A stretch of 63,690 nt of DNA, the filler included, from Octopus bimaculoides (lineage: Eukaryota): assembly GCF_001194135.2 (NCBI RefSeq). It is 5 parts of 4 records of this genome, joined end to end, with 100 filler letters (N's around TTAATTAATTAA, not from the genome) between each part and the next. Parts side by side here need not be neighbours in the genome. Positions count along the whole stretch, not along the records: positions 61,914 to 63,690 come from NW_026322565.1; 4 more parts are not named here. The stretch is one strand, 5' to 3'. A program made the position numbers and the translations under genes. Numbering within the stretch: position 1 is the first letter of the stretch; every line of letters starts with the position of its first letter. Under the pieces are notes generated by a model. That model had not been told where the DNA came from. It did not search any database and saw nothing but the letters and a program-made list of their open reading frames with translations. Shown here piece by piece: positions 63,019 to 63,690 of this stretch.

Positions 63019-63690
63019 TACCTGTTTTTCATACGTGTAACAATTCGTCAGATGTGATCGCATGTGTCCTTGAAGCAACGCTAGCAGTCGATGATTTCTT
63101 TCAACTCAAATAGAAACTATAAATTGTGTTTGCACAAAAGACTACATCTGATACATTTTATTCCAGACTTTTAAACAGTTGCACCACTCTATTTATAATA
63201 TTATTTTTCCCTCTTACTAGACGAAGCATCCCAAAGTTGTGTGTCGCATAATCTTGTTTTCCCTATTCCATACACTCGCAATCCTTTTTCTTCTACTACA
63301 AAACAATGCAGTCATTGAATTCATTCTCTAATCTCTTGTTTACTGTGGTAGAAGGAGAGAATTGGTGAGTTGGAGGGATGCAGCAAATAATTTATTTGAA
63401 ATAGGAATAAAAATCGAAAAAGCAATAGGAAAAGAATACAAGCATTACGCGTACGTACGTATGTATGTATGTATGTATGTATGTATGTATGTATGTGTAC
63501 ATATGCATGTACGTATGTAGGTATGAAAGAACGCAGGTGGGAGAAGAAGAATTATCTCTCTCACCCCCTCTCTCTCCTTCTCTCTCTCTCTCTATATATA
63601 TAAACACATATACATACGTATGTGTATATATATATACATACATATATACATACATGTGTGTATTTACATAAATACATATCTATCTATCTA

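Larger units (their letters stand above)
59833..63690 (+). other. HS3ST: HS3ST intron (second coding exon not seen in window)
   Basis: GTGAGT donor. No downstream MP..QITMEKTPSYF-type sequence in the visible bases, although two gaps and a linker are present. Confidence 0.75.

Noticed and set aside
61862-63078. Mucin-like or poly-Val/poly-Leu genes
   Set aside because: Open on both strands because of triplet periodicity, located in an intron, with no signal peptide or splice evidence.
416-63671. Many 60-120 aa ORFs of YI/CV/TH/RE repeats
   Set aside because: Translations of (TA)n, (TG)n, (CA)n and (GA)n microsatellites, often joined to SINE sequence.

Overview
AT-rich, microsatellite- and SINE-dense eukaryotic DNA with many N gaps and four artificial N44-TTAATTAATTAA-N44 joints. 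The repeat families look like those of an Octopus genome; this is inferred from recollection, not from a search. One clear host gene is present: the first coding exon (ATG 57755, donor after 59832) of a heparan-sulfate 3-O-sulfotransferase of the HS3ST2/3/4/6 (Hs3st-B) type, with a roughly 600-aa low-complexity stem. The rest is mobile DNA: a complete hAT relic with TIRs and an 8-bp TSD, a second hAT relic, Tigger/pogo and maT (DD37D) relics, R4/Dong-like, RTE and Penelope-like fragments, at least four tRNA-SINE families, long palindromic MITE-like elements and a palindrome-rich minisatellite. Best leads: (1) a 296-bp TSD-flanked retroposon combining a Pol III tRNA-like head with a minimal type-I hammerhead ribozyme, plus decayed hammerhead motifs elsewhere; (2) a chain of stop-start overlapping upstream ORFs ending on the HS3ST start codon; (3) the very long HS3ST stem with two 25-Ser runs; (4) an apparent CpG-depleted domain at about 40-55 kb. 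SINE boundaries are approximate (about 10-20 bp) unless a TSD is quoted. SINE family letters A-E are my own labels.
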